Assembly: GCF_003945235.1 (NCBI RefSeq)
Contig: NZ_RSDW01000001.1
Location: 4,410,001-4,442,000 of the forward strand
Source: Edaphobacter aggregans
GTDB lineage: Bacteria; Acidobacteriota; Terriglobia; Terriglobales; Acidobacteriaceae
DNA: 32,000 nt
Reading direction: 5' to 3'
The position numbers and the translations under genes were made by a program. The notes beneath the pieces were generated by a model. It had not been told where the DNA came from, ran no database searches, and saw nothing but the letters and a program-made list of their open reading frames with translations. How positions within the stretch are numbered: position 1 is the first letter of the stretch; each line of letters opens with the position of its first letter. Of the stretch, positions 9,878 through 17,758 are shown one piece after another.

Positions 9878-9904
9878 TCGTTCTTCCTTGTCTCGGGTTG
9901 GTTG

Positions 9905-9918
9905 AGAAATCGTTTACT
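9905..9918. promoter_or_regulatory. Candidate LacI-family operator upstream of araB
   Basis: AGAAATCGTTTACT is an imperfect palindrome centred on CG. Read on the minus strand (AGTAAACGATTTCT) it matches 10 of 14 positions of the TGTAAACGTTTACA-type LacI/GalR consensus. It lies 28-41 nt upstream of the araB ATG. Confidence 0.3.
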
Positions 9919-10280
9919 TTGGTAAGTTTTAACGGCCAGAGTGCGCCGTTGTCAATCGAGAAACAACAAGTTGTACTCTCCCGTGGTGGCTGATTTAGAG
10001 GCCTCCTGTTTTTGTTAGAGGCATTTAAGAATGCGACCTTGAGGTCGGATGCGAACATGCGAACGCTGCTTGAAGTATCGAATGAATCACGACGCCTCGA
10101 AGTCTTCGATGGATTTTTCCGATCTGCGATCGGCTCGTTTTTGCGGGGAGCATTTTAAATTTCTGCGAGACAACGTCCACGAAAATCATGGTGCAGCTTA
10201 ATTAGCTGGAAACCATATTTTGATCTTTTGTGGGAACAAGATAGAGCCAATGTAGGTATCAGCAGATAAACTTCTCCATA

Positions 10281-12029
10281 ATGTTCAGGTCCGTGCAAAT
10301 CGCTCGTCTTTTCATGGCTGCTGTGCTTTGTATCTTGGCTGCCGCAAAAAACCAAGAGGGTTTTGCTCAGGCTACGACGCTGCCTTTAAATGTTGTTCCG
10401 GGCCAATTCGTTGACACGACTGCGACCAGCAAAGTCCACTTTAGCAGCGTGGCTTCCCATACGGCGAAAAAATATCTTCTGGAAACCATGGGTTCAGGTG
10501 TTGCGCTTTTCGATTATGACAACGATGGTCTGCTGGATATTTTTTTTGTCAATGGCGCACCACTTGCCGATCCAAGCCTTAAAGGCACAATTCCGATGAA
10601 GGCCACCGAACGCGACTGGAATCGCCTCTATCATCAAAAGAAAGACGGCACGTTTGAAGATGTCACCGTCAAAGCCGGTTTACAGGGAGTCGGATATGGC
10701 ATGGGCGTGGCTGTCGGCGACTATGACAATGATGGATATGAGGACCTATATGTCACCGCTTATGGTGGTAACCGTCTTTACCATAACAACGGCAATGGCA
10801 CGTTTACTGACGTTACAGAGAAGTCAGGTACCGCTGGTAGCGGCTGGTCAACTTCAGCTGCCTGGGTAGACCTCGACAATGATGGTCTTCTCGACCTCGT
10901 CGTACTGCGCTACCTTCAGTGGGACTTCGATGATATCTGGTGTGGAGAGCACCGCGAGGGCTATCGTTCGTACTGCCATCCTGACATATTTAAAGCCGTT
11001 GCTCCTCTTGTTTACCATAATGACGGCGACGGTCATTTCACTGAAGTATCAGCCAAGGTTGGTATGAATCTTCCAGGGAAAGGCCTTGGAATTGCAATCG
11101 CCGACTTCGATCGCGACGGCCATATCGATGTTGCTATCGCCAACGACTCGATGCTTGAATTCCTTTACCGGAACAAGGGAGACGGTACCTTTGAAGAAGT
11201 GGGCTTAGGAGCCGAGATCGCAGTCGACGGTGATGGCCGCACTTACGCAGGTATGGGCATCGACTTCCAGGACTACAACAACGACGGTCTGCCCGACCTG
11301 GTGATTACTAATCTTGCAAACCAGAAATACGCTATCTATCGCAATAATGGTGACGGTAGCTTCAGCTATGACACGTACCAGACAGGACTAGCCGGTATTA
11401 CTCTTCTGCACTCGGGCTGGGGTATCCATTTCCTTGACTATGACAACGATGGCTTCAAAGATCTTCTTGTTGCTCAAGGGCACGACCTCGACACGATCGA
11501 GCTTAACTTCCCGCAACTTCACTATCGCGAACCCCTACTGCTTGCGCGCAATACGGGTAAAACATTCGTCGATGTCTCCTCCCAATCTGGAGACGTTTTT
11601 CGACAGCCGTGGGTCGCGCGAGGTTTGGCTATAGGCGATATCGACAACGATGGCCGCATCGATGCCGTGGTCGCCGTCAATGACGGGCCAGCACACATCC
11701 TCCACAACGAGACCGCGACCGGAAACCACTGGCTCACACTTGCTTTAGTGGGCCACCGCAGCAACCGCGACGCAATTGGCGCTGAGGTCAAACTTACGAC
11801 TACTCACGGCTCTCAGTTCGTTACGGTCTCTACCTCAGGTAGTTATCTCTCCGCCAACGACAAGCGTGCTCACTTCGGTCTCGGTACGGACGCTGTCGCA
11901 ACTTCGATCGATATTCGCTGGCCGAGTGGGATTACCCAGCATCTGAGTAACATAAAAGCCGACCAGATTTTTAAGGTCGATGAGCCGGCCCAGTCCACCT
12001 CTGTTGCCACAGGCATGAAGACTCCATGA
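10281..12029 (+). CDS. Second CRTAC1-family secreted protein (FG-GAP/VCBS repeats plus ASPIC/UnbV), 582 aa
   Basis: Signal peptide (MFRSVQIARLFMAAVLCILAAA). FG-GAP motifs (DYDNDGLLDIFF, DYDNDGYEDLYV, DLDNDGLLDLVV, DFDRDGHIDVAI, DYNNDGLPDLVI, DYDNDGFKDLLV, DIDNDGRIDAVV). ASPIC/UnbV tail (HWLTLALVGHRSNRDAIGAEVKL...SGSYLS...HFGLG...IDIRWPSG). Confidence 0.85.
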   Translation: MFRSVQIARLFMAAVLCILAAAKNQEGFAQATTLPLNVVPGQFVDTTATSKVHFSSVASHTAKKYLLETMGSGVALFDYDNDGLLDIFFVNGAPLADPSLKGTIPMKATERDWNRLYHQKKDGTFEDVTVKAGLQGVGYGMGVAVGDYDNDGYEDLYVTAYGGNRLYHNNGNGTFTDVTEKSGTAGSGWSTSAAWVDLDNDGLLDLVVLRYLQWDFDDIWCGEHREGYRSYCHPDIFKAVAPLVYHNDGDGHFTEVSAKVGMNLPGKGLGIAIADFDRDGHIDVAIANDSMLEFLYRNKGDGTFEEVGLGAEIAVDGDGRTYAGMGIDFQDYNNDGLPDLVITNLANQKYAIYRNNGDGSFSYDTYQTGLAGITLLHSGWGIHFLDYDNDGFKDLLVAQGHDLDTIELNFPQLHYREPLLLARNTGKTFVDVSSQSGDVFRQPWVARGLAIGDIDNDGRIDAVVAVNDGPAHILHNETATGNHWLTLALVGHRSNRDAIGAEVKLTTTHGSQFVTVSTSGSYLSANDKRAHFGLGTDAVATSIDIRWPSGITQHLSNIKADQIFKVDEPAQSTSVATGMKTP

Positions 12030-12116
12030 AGCAACTGCTGGGTGATGGGCGATATGGTTATTGACGTAACAATTTATATGCGTCGTCCTTGAGTCCTTTG
12101 GTGAGAGAGTTCCTGA

Positions 12117-12145
12117 TAGACTCGCTGCAAACTAGGCTCTATAGT
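12117..12145 (+). promoter_or_regulatory. Possible sigma70-type promoter for the TIR operon
   Basis: TAGACT (12117-12122), a 17-nt spacer, then TATAGT (12140-12145), about 57 nt upstream of the TIR-gene ATG. This is a pattern match only. Confidence 0.2.
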
Positions 12146-12202
12146 CTCTCTAAGAGCGCGCCGGGCCTGCGCAAGTGAGTACTCGTTTGAGGGACCAACG
12201 GT

Positions 12203-13690
12203 ATGAGCTTCGATTGCGATGCCTTCATCAGCTATACCCATATTGATAATGTGAGCCTTGTCGACGGAAGCAAAGGATGGATTACGAATCTCCATCGTGC
12301 TCTTGAGATTCGAGTGGGACAATTGTTGGGTGAGACGCCTGAGATATGGCGCGACCCGAAGCTGACAGGAAACGATGTCTTCGAAAACACACTGGTGGAA
12401 CAGCTCAAGCGAGTAGCTGTTCTTATAACGGTGGTCTCGCCTCGCTACGTGAAGTCGGAATGGACACGGCGAGAGCTGGTGGAGTTTTGGAAAGCCGCCG
12501 AAGCACAAGGGGGAGTGAAGTTTCACGACAAAGCGCGCATCTTCAAGGTTCTGAAGACGCCTATCCCACGCCAGATGGATCCACCTGAATTGCAACCGCT
12601 TTTGGGTTATGAATTTTTTCACGTCGATGCGGAGACGGGGCGTGTGCGCGAACTGGACGATGTCTTCGGCGCACAGGCGCAAAAAGATTTTTGGATGAAA
12701 CTGGATGACCTGGCGCACGATATCGCGGGTCTGCTGGAGATATTGCAGGGAGAATCGCTGGAGGGTGTGCCGGGAGTTAAGACGAGCACGAAAGAAGCGG
12801 TATTTCTGGCTGAAACAACCGCCGATCTGAAGGAGCAACGAGAGGCAATTCGGCGAGATCTGCAACAACACGGCTATACGGTGCTGCCTGCGCAAGGCCT
12901 ACCGTTGGTGGCATCCGAGATGAAGACGTCGCTTGAAGAGGATTTAGCCCAATGCAGGATGTCTATCCACCCGATTGGAAAGAATTATGGGCTCGTTCCT
13001 GAAGGTAGTAGCGTGTCTCTGCTTGAGATTCAAAACGAACTTGCGATCGAAAGAGGCAAGCGTGGAGGATTTGTGCGGCTTCTGTGGATTCCTGCCGGAC
13101 TTCAGGTCGAAGACGAGAGGCAGGCGAAGCTTATTCAGCAGTTTCGGATGGATCCGAGAATGCAGGCGGAAGCGGACTTGCTGGAGACTTTTCTTGAGGA
13201 TCTGGAGACAGTTATTCATGATCGTCTGAGAGAAGAGAAGCCAAAAATTGCGCAGCAAAATGGCAGCCTGGCGATAGCAGAAGGGTGCCGTGGACAGATT
13301 TACCTTATCTACGATCAGCGGGATGCTTCCATCGCATCGCTATATGCAGACGCCTTGTTCAATCAGGGGTTTGAGATTCTTCATCCCACGTTTGAAGGAG
13401 ATGAAGCGGAGGTGCGGCAATACCACGAAGACAATCTGCGGGTTTGCAATGGTGTGCTGATCTTCTTCGGATCCGCCAATGAAGGATGGGTTCGGCGGAA
13501 ACTTAGAGAGGTGCAGAAGAGCGTCGGGTACGGCCGTACAGGGCCTCTACCAGGCGTCACGATCTCATGCGTAGGAGCGAAGACCGCCGAGAAAGAGCGC
13601 TTTCGCACGCATGAGGCCCCAGTGATTTTTCAGATGGATGGCTTTTCAGCCGACATTCTGTCGCCGTTTATTTCACGCCTGAAGTCTTGA
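12203..13690 (+). CDS. TIR-domain protein with two additional TIR-like/DUF4062-like modules (495 aa)
   Basis: The N-terminal ~140 aa fit the TIR pattern: DAFISYTHIDN (betaA), IWRDPKLTGNDVFENTLVEQLKRVAVLITVVSPRYVKSEWTRRELVEFW (BB-loop Gly, then an S.W...EL motif). The Glu at the usual catalytic position is E91, nt 12473-12475. Module 2 (~aa 198-300): AVFLAETTADLKEQREAIRRDLQQHGYTVLP...CRMSIHPIGKNYGLVPEGSSVSLLEIQNELA, which resembles DUF4062. Module 3 (~aa 365-440): IYLIYDQRDASIASLYADALFNQGFEILHP...CNGVLIFFGSANEGWVRRKLRE. SD GAGGGA lies 8 nt upstream. Confidence 0.85.
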   Translation: MSFDCDAFISYTHIDNVSLVDGSKGWITNLHRALEIRVGQLLGETPEIWRDPKLTGNDVFENTLVEQLKRVAVLITVVSPRYVKSEWTRRELVEFWKAAEAQGGVKFHDKARIFKVLKTPIPRQMDPPELQPLLGYEFFHVDAETGRVRELDDVFGAQAQKDFWMKLDDLAHDIAGLLEILQGESLEGVPGVKTSTKEAVFLAETTADLKEQREAIRRDLQQHGYTVLPAQGLPLVASEMKTSLEEDLAQCRMSIHPIGKNYGLVPEGSSVSLLEIQNELAIERGKRGGFVRLLWIPAGLQVEDERQAKLIQQFRMDPRMQAEADLLETFLEDLETVIHDRLREEKPKIAQQNGSLAIAEGCRGQIYLIYDQRDASIASLYADALFNQGFEILHPTFEGDEAEVRQYHEDNLRVCNGVLIFFGSANEGWVRRKLREVQKSVGYGRTGPLPGVTISCVGAKTAEKERFRTHEAPVIFQMDGFSADILSPFISRLKS

Positions 13691-13707
13691 GGAGAGATCT
13701 GGGAACC

Positions 13708-16530
13708 ATGTTCAATCCCTTTCCGGGTTTGCGTCCATTTGAGGCTGATGAAGACCACCTGTTCTTTGGGCGGGAGAAAGAGATCGACGAGTTGTTGCGG
13801 AGGCTTCGCGCCTGCCGGTTTCTGTCGATCATTGGAACGTCGGGGAGTGGTAAGTCGTCGCTGGTGCGATCGGGTCTGATTCCTTCGCTCTACGGTGGGT
13901 TCATGGTGGGTGCAAGCCCGAGTTGGCGGATCGCGATCATGCGTCCCGGTGAAGACCCTATACGGCATCTGGCAGAAGCTTTGAATTCGCAGGGGGTGCT
14001 GGGGACGACAGGCGAATTGGAGACTACGAATGGTGTGCTGCTGGAAGCTACGCTGCGGCGAGGCACGCGAGGACTTGTCGAAGCTGTTCGTCAAGCCAGG
14101 ATGCTGGATCAGGACAACCTGCTGATTGTGGTGGATCAGTTTGAAGAGCTGTTTCGTTTCAGGAGAAACAATCAGCTCGAGAACTCCAGGAATGAGGCGG
14201 TAGCCTTCGTTAAGCTTCTACTTGAGGCAGCCCAACAGGAAGAGCTTCCTATCTACATCGTCATCACCATGCGCTCCGACTTCATTGGAGACTGCATGGA
14301 TTTTGCAGGACTGCCGGAAGCGGTAAACAGCGGCTTGTACCTTGTGCCTCGTATGACACGTGACGAATTGCGCTCGGCGATTACGGGACCGGTGGCGGTT
14401 GGAGGCGGGAGCATCGCGCAGAGATTGGTTTTGCGCCTGCTCAACGACTTTGGCGATGAGTACGACCAGCTTCCTATCCTTCAGCATGCTCTTATGCGGA
14501 CGTGGGACTATTGGGCTCGGAGGTCACCATCAACTGATGCTATCGACGTCGAAGATTACGAAGCGATCGGAACCTTCCGCCAGGCACTGTCGATACATGC
14601 TGAGGAAGCTTACGAAGAGACTGGCACTGATGGTGCAAAGATGTTAGCCGAGCGGATATTTAAAGCACTGACGGATACATTTTCGGATCATCGAGGTATT
14701 CGCAGGCCAACCTCTGTCGGAGATCTCACTGCTATCTCCGAATCGACACAGGCGGATGTAGTTCGGATCGTTGAGATCTTTCGACGACCCGGTCGTTCCT
14801 TTCTGATGCCTCCCGCTAATGTGCCTTTAGACGATCGATCGGTTATCGATCTGTCGCATGAGAGTTTTATGCGGTGTTGGGGGCGGCTTGTCGGCTGGGC
14901 CGAGGAGGAGAAGGTTTCTGCTGATATCTACAGTCGTCTCTCCGACGCGGAGATATGGTTTGAAGAGGGCAGAGCGGGGCTTTGGCGCAACCCGGAACTA
15001 GAGATCGGGCAGAAGTGGAAGCTCGAGAGTCGACCTACTGCGGCCTGGGCTCAACGTTACAATTCGTCTTTTGCTCAGGTAATGGGATTTCTTGATCGTA
15101 GCGAGGCAGAGTGGCAGCGTCTCAACGACGAGAAGAAGAGGGAACGGCAGAAGAAACTCAGACAGACTCAGTGGGCCGCTGGGATATTGGGCTCATTGCT
15201 TCTGATTGCTCTCTTTCTGGCGGACTTTGCGTGGAGGCAGACGCGTCGTGCAGAGAACAACCTACAATTGGCGAAGAAGGCAGTGGATGAAAGTTTGTCC
15301 TCTGCGGGGCGTGAGCAGGGACGCGAGGCGGGTGACCTACCGCAGGTAGAACAATTTCGAAAAGAGCTTTTGGATAAGGCTGAAACTTTCTATAGCCTAT
15401 TCGCTCAGCAGAATTCAACAAATGCAAACTTGCGAAGCGAAGAGGCCCGAGCACATTCCAGACTGGGAGATATCAATCGTTTGATGGGCAGGGATAAAGA
15501 AGCTGTTCAGGAATACAACGAATCAATCGATCAGTTTTCAGTTCTAGTAAAGCAATATCCCACTCAAAATGAATTCCGTCAGGCGCTCGCGTATTCCCAT
15601 AATTGGCTGGGGGAAACTATCCGTGACGCGCTGGATAGAAAATCAAGTTTGAATAGTTCAGCCGACGCCGATAAGGAGTACAGTGAAGCCATTCGTCTAC
15701 AGGAAGAGTTACACAAGGAACAGCCAACGAATGTTCTTTACCAGCAGGAACTCGCGCGGACTTACTATAACCGGGGAATCATTCGTTATGGGATGCACGC
15801 TGACGACGGAATGCGATCTGATTTTCGCAAGGCAGTTGAGTTGCTGGAGCCTTTAGTTTCAAAAACTCAAACCACAGTGGATACAAGTGAAAATCCAGAC
15901 CCCGCTCAGGATTTGGCGCGGGTCTACAATAACTATGCAATTGTAGTTAGCAATACGGGCCAAACCACAGAAGCTCAGGGCTTTTACGAGAAGGCGATCG
16001 CGCTTGCCGAGCAACTGGTCCAGAAGAGACCAGAGAATCGGGAGTATAAGGTGGAGCTTGCGCAGTACTGCATCAACGAAGCGAGGATGTTGGAAGCCGC
16101 AGGCGAGTCTCGCCTGACGGAAGCAAGAAGCGAGCGCGCCCTGAAACTTGTAGAGGAATTGGCGGAGCCGACGCCGTCCCTTGCTATAAAGATGGTTCAG
16201 GCTCTTCAGTTAAGGGGGCAGTTGCTTCGGCCCCATGATCCAGACGCAGCAAAGGCTTTGACGGATCAGGCCTTTGATTTGCTGAGGGACGTCGACGAAA
16301 AGAGTGCGAAGAATGTTACTCCGTTCAGTGCGCTATATATGAACATTGGAGTGAATTATCTCGAACTCGCCCAGGACGACCTCGCACATGGTGACAAAGC
16401 AGGCGCAAGAACAGCACTTGGCTATCTGACTGCAATACTGTCTCACTTATCACCTGAGGACAAACAGATACTTATCGAACCTTACCAAGACTTACAGGGA
16501 AAACTATCTATCGGGCCGACCAGACACTAG
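13708..16530 (+). CDS. STAND-class P-loop NTPase (nSTAND1-like) with a predicted single membrane helix and a C-terminal TPR array (~940 aa)
   Basis: The lead-in FNPFPGLRPFEADEDHLFFGREKEIDEL precedes Walker A GTSGSGKSS (13834-13860). Walker B is LLIVVDQFEE (14119-14148), followed by IYIVITMRSDFIGDC...LYLVPRMTRDELRSAITGP. A hydrophobic helix WAAGILGSLLLIALFLADFAW (15172-15234) is flanked by KKRERQKKLRQ and RQTRR. About 380 aa of TPR-like repeats follow (ARAHSRLGDINRLMGRDKEAVQEYNESI, LARTYYNRGIIRY, LARVYNNYAIVVSNTGQTTEAQGFYEKAIAL). The track starts the ORF at TTG 13687, which overlaps the TIR stop as TTGA. I prefer ATG 13708 (GAGGAGAG 13689-13696 upstream), but both remain possible. Confidence 0.85.
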   Translation: MFNPFPGLRPFEADEDHLFFGREKEIDELLRRLRACRFLSIIGTSGSGKSSLVRSGLIPSLYGGFMVGASPSWRIAIMRPGEDPIRHLAEALNSQGVLGTTGELETTNGVLLEATLRRGTRGLVEAVRQARMLDQDNLLIVVDQFEELFRFRRNNQLENSRNEAVAFVKLLLEAAQQEELPIYIVITMRSDFIGDCMDFAGLPEAVNSGLYLVPRMTRDELRSAITGPVAVGGGSIAQRLVLRLLNDFGDEYDQLPILQHALMRTWDYWARRSPSTDAIDVEDYEAIGTFRQALSIHAEEAYEETGTDGAKMLAERIFKALTDTFSDHRGIRRPTSVGDLTAISESTQADVVRIVEIFRRPGRSFLMPPANVPLDDRSVIDLSHESFMRCWGRLVGWAEEEKVSADIYSRLSDAEIWFEEGRAGLWRNPELEIGQKWKLESRPTAAWAQRYNSSFAQVMGFLDRSEAEWQRLNDEKKRERQKKLRQTQWAAGILGSLLLIALFLADFAWRQTRRAENNLQLAKKAVDESLSSAGREQGREAGDLPQVEQFRKELLDKAETFYSLFAQQNSTNANLRSEEARAHSRLGDINRLMGRDKEAVQEYNESIDQFSVLVKQYPTQNEFRQALAYSHNWLGETIRDALDRKSSLNSSADADKEYSEAIRLQEELHKEQPTNVLYQQELARTYYNRGIIRYGMHADDGMRSDFRKAVELLEPLVSKTQTTVDTSENPDPAQDLARVYNNYAIVVSNTGQTTEAQGFYEKAIALAEQLVQKRPENREYKVELAQYCINEARMLEAAGESRLTEARSERALKLVEELAEPTPSLAIKMVQALQLRGQLLRPHDPDAAKALTDQAFDLLRDVDEKSAKNVTPFSALYMNIGVNYLELAQDDLAHGDKAGARTALGYLTAILSHLSPEDKQILIEPYQDLQGKLSIGPTRH

Positions 16531-16558
16531 TACGCGATTCCATCTTGAGGAGTTTCGA

Positions 16559-17731
16559 ATGCGACTATTGGTTTCCAGAGTATGTCTGTTGCTATCTGCC
16601 TTCGTGTTCTCCACTGCCGCAGTAGCGGCTCAGGAGCATTTTTCTCAAACAACTGATATTGATTCGCCGTTGTTGCAATCCGATAAGCCCTATTCCGTCG
16701 CCGAATATCGCGTCTCTTCTATCTTCGATCACAGTGATTTGATTCACTATCCTCAGAACCTGAGCCTGTATTGGATCCAGACCTCTGCCAATCCACCTAA
16801 ACCGGCTAAACCTCCCGTTGAAAAGATCAAGAGGACGGCAATCGATCCCAGCATGGTCGGATACATTGACAATGCTGTTGTTCACTCTGAGGTGCGGGTT
16901 CGCTTTGATGCGGCGATGGATGATACAACTCCGGACCGAGCTGAGTTTTTTTATGCTAAGTGCGGATGCTATGCGTTTCTTACCGGCACGAACGCTTATG
17001 ATCCTCGGACGCCTGGGCCCGGGGTGGCTCCGCCTGTTGGTATTCCCAGAGCGGTCAACTTCCAGCAGCTTTATTTTTATGGTGAGTATGCGCCTCATCC
17101 TCACCTTTCGTTGTTTATGCAGCTTCCTTTTCGTTGGCTTCAAGCGCAATCTTTGCCCGGTGTGGCGCAGGCTTTTCCGAATGCTGGTGGATTCAGCGAT
17201 ATGCAAGTGGGGCTTAAATTTGCCGCTCTTGCTTCGGCCCGCCATTACCTCACGTTTCAATTTCGGGCTTATACGCCTACTGGCGATGCCGGGCTAGGGT
17301 TGGGGACGCATCACTATAGTGTGGAGCCGTCCCTTCTGTACTACCAGAGGCTTTCGGAGCGAACGTCTGTGGAGGCCGAGGTCGGGGACACGCATCCGTT
17401 GGGCACGTCTTCGGGCGTTCCCACCGTTGGTTCCGGCGGGTTTGCGGGCGACGTGTTCTTCTACGGGGTTGGGCCGAGCTACCAGTTCGTGCGTGACGAG
17501 AAGTTTGGTGTGGCGGGGGTCCTTGAGGTCGTCGGATGGAACGTCCGTAGTGGATATGTCACGGGGCCAGCTAATCCGAGTACGGCAGGTGTGAATATCG
17601 TGAACATGAAGGTAGGTCCGCGCATGTCGTTTGGGGCGCACCATTCCTTGTATATCGGATATGGAATTGGGCTGACTTCAGCGAAGTGGTATCGGCAGAT
17701 TTTCAGGACAGAGTATCGTTATTCGTTTTGA
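16559..17731 (+). CDS. Putative outer-membrane beta-barrel protein (resembles the MetA-pathway/'transporter' OMP family), 390 aa
   Basis: Signal peptide MRLLVSRVCLLLSAFVFSTAAVAAQE. Pro-rich linker PPKPAKPP. C-terminal beta-signal with alternating aromatics ending in Phe (FRTEYRYSF). Internal motifs GFSDMQVGLKFA and YTPTGDAGLGLGTHHYSVEPSLLY recall that OMP family. SD GAGGAG lies 6 nt upstream, 28 nt after the NTPase stop. Confidence 0.55.
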   Translation: MRLLVSRVCLLLSAFVFSTAAVAAQEHFSQTTDIDSPLLQSDKPYSVAEYRVSSIFDHSDLIHYPQNLSLYWIQTSANPPKPAKPPVEKIKRTAIDPSMVGYIDNAVVHSEVRVRFDAAMDDTTPDRAEFFYAKCGCYAFLTGTNAYDPRTPGPGVAPPVGIPRAVNFQQLYFYGEYAPHPHLSLFMQLPFRWLQAQSLPGVAQAFPNAGGFSDMQVGLKFAALASARHYLTFQFRAYTPTGDAGLGLGTHHYSVEPSLLYYQRLSERTSVEAEVGDTHPLGTSSGVPTVGSGGFAGDVFFYGVGPSYQFVRDEKFGVAGVLEVVGWNVRSGYVTGPANPSTAGVNIVNMKVGPRMSFGAHHSLYIGYGIGLTSAKWYRQIFRTEYRYSF

Positions 17732-17758
17732 TCCTTCATTTCAGGAGCGGTTTTCTCT

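Noticed and set aside
10127-10150. Small hairpin CCGATC-TGC-GATCGG followed by CTCGTTTTTG, terminator-like on the plus strand
   Set aside because: The stem is only 6 bp, and there is no upstream plus-strand gene or supported sRNA for it to terminate. It is probably fortuitous or part of promoter architecture.
12074-12895. 273-aa minus-strand ORF overlapping the 5' half of the TIR gene, inside the lower-GC segment where long shadow ORFs are less expected
   Set aside because: The translation is R/L/Q/F-rich with no motif, signal sequence or SD. The opposite strand encodes a textbook TIR pattern. I treat it as a chance open frame, although antisense transcription cannot be excluded from sequence alone.
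13687-13707. TTG start (13687) for the NTPase, overlapping the TIR stop as TTGA
   Set aside because: Not fully rejected. A TTGA overlap would fit translational coupling. However, ATG 13708 is preceded by GAGGAGAG and starts exactly at the family's usual N-terminal FNPFPGLRPF lead-in, so I annotated 13708.
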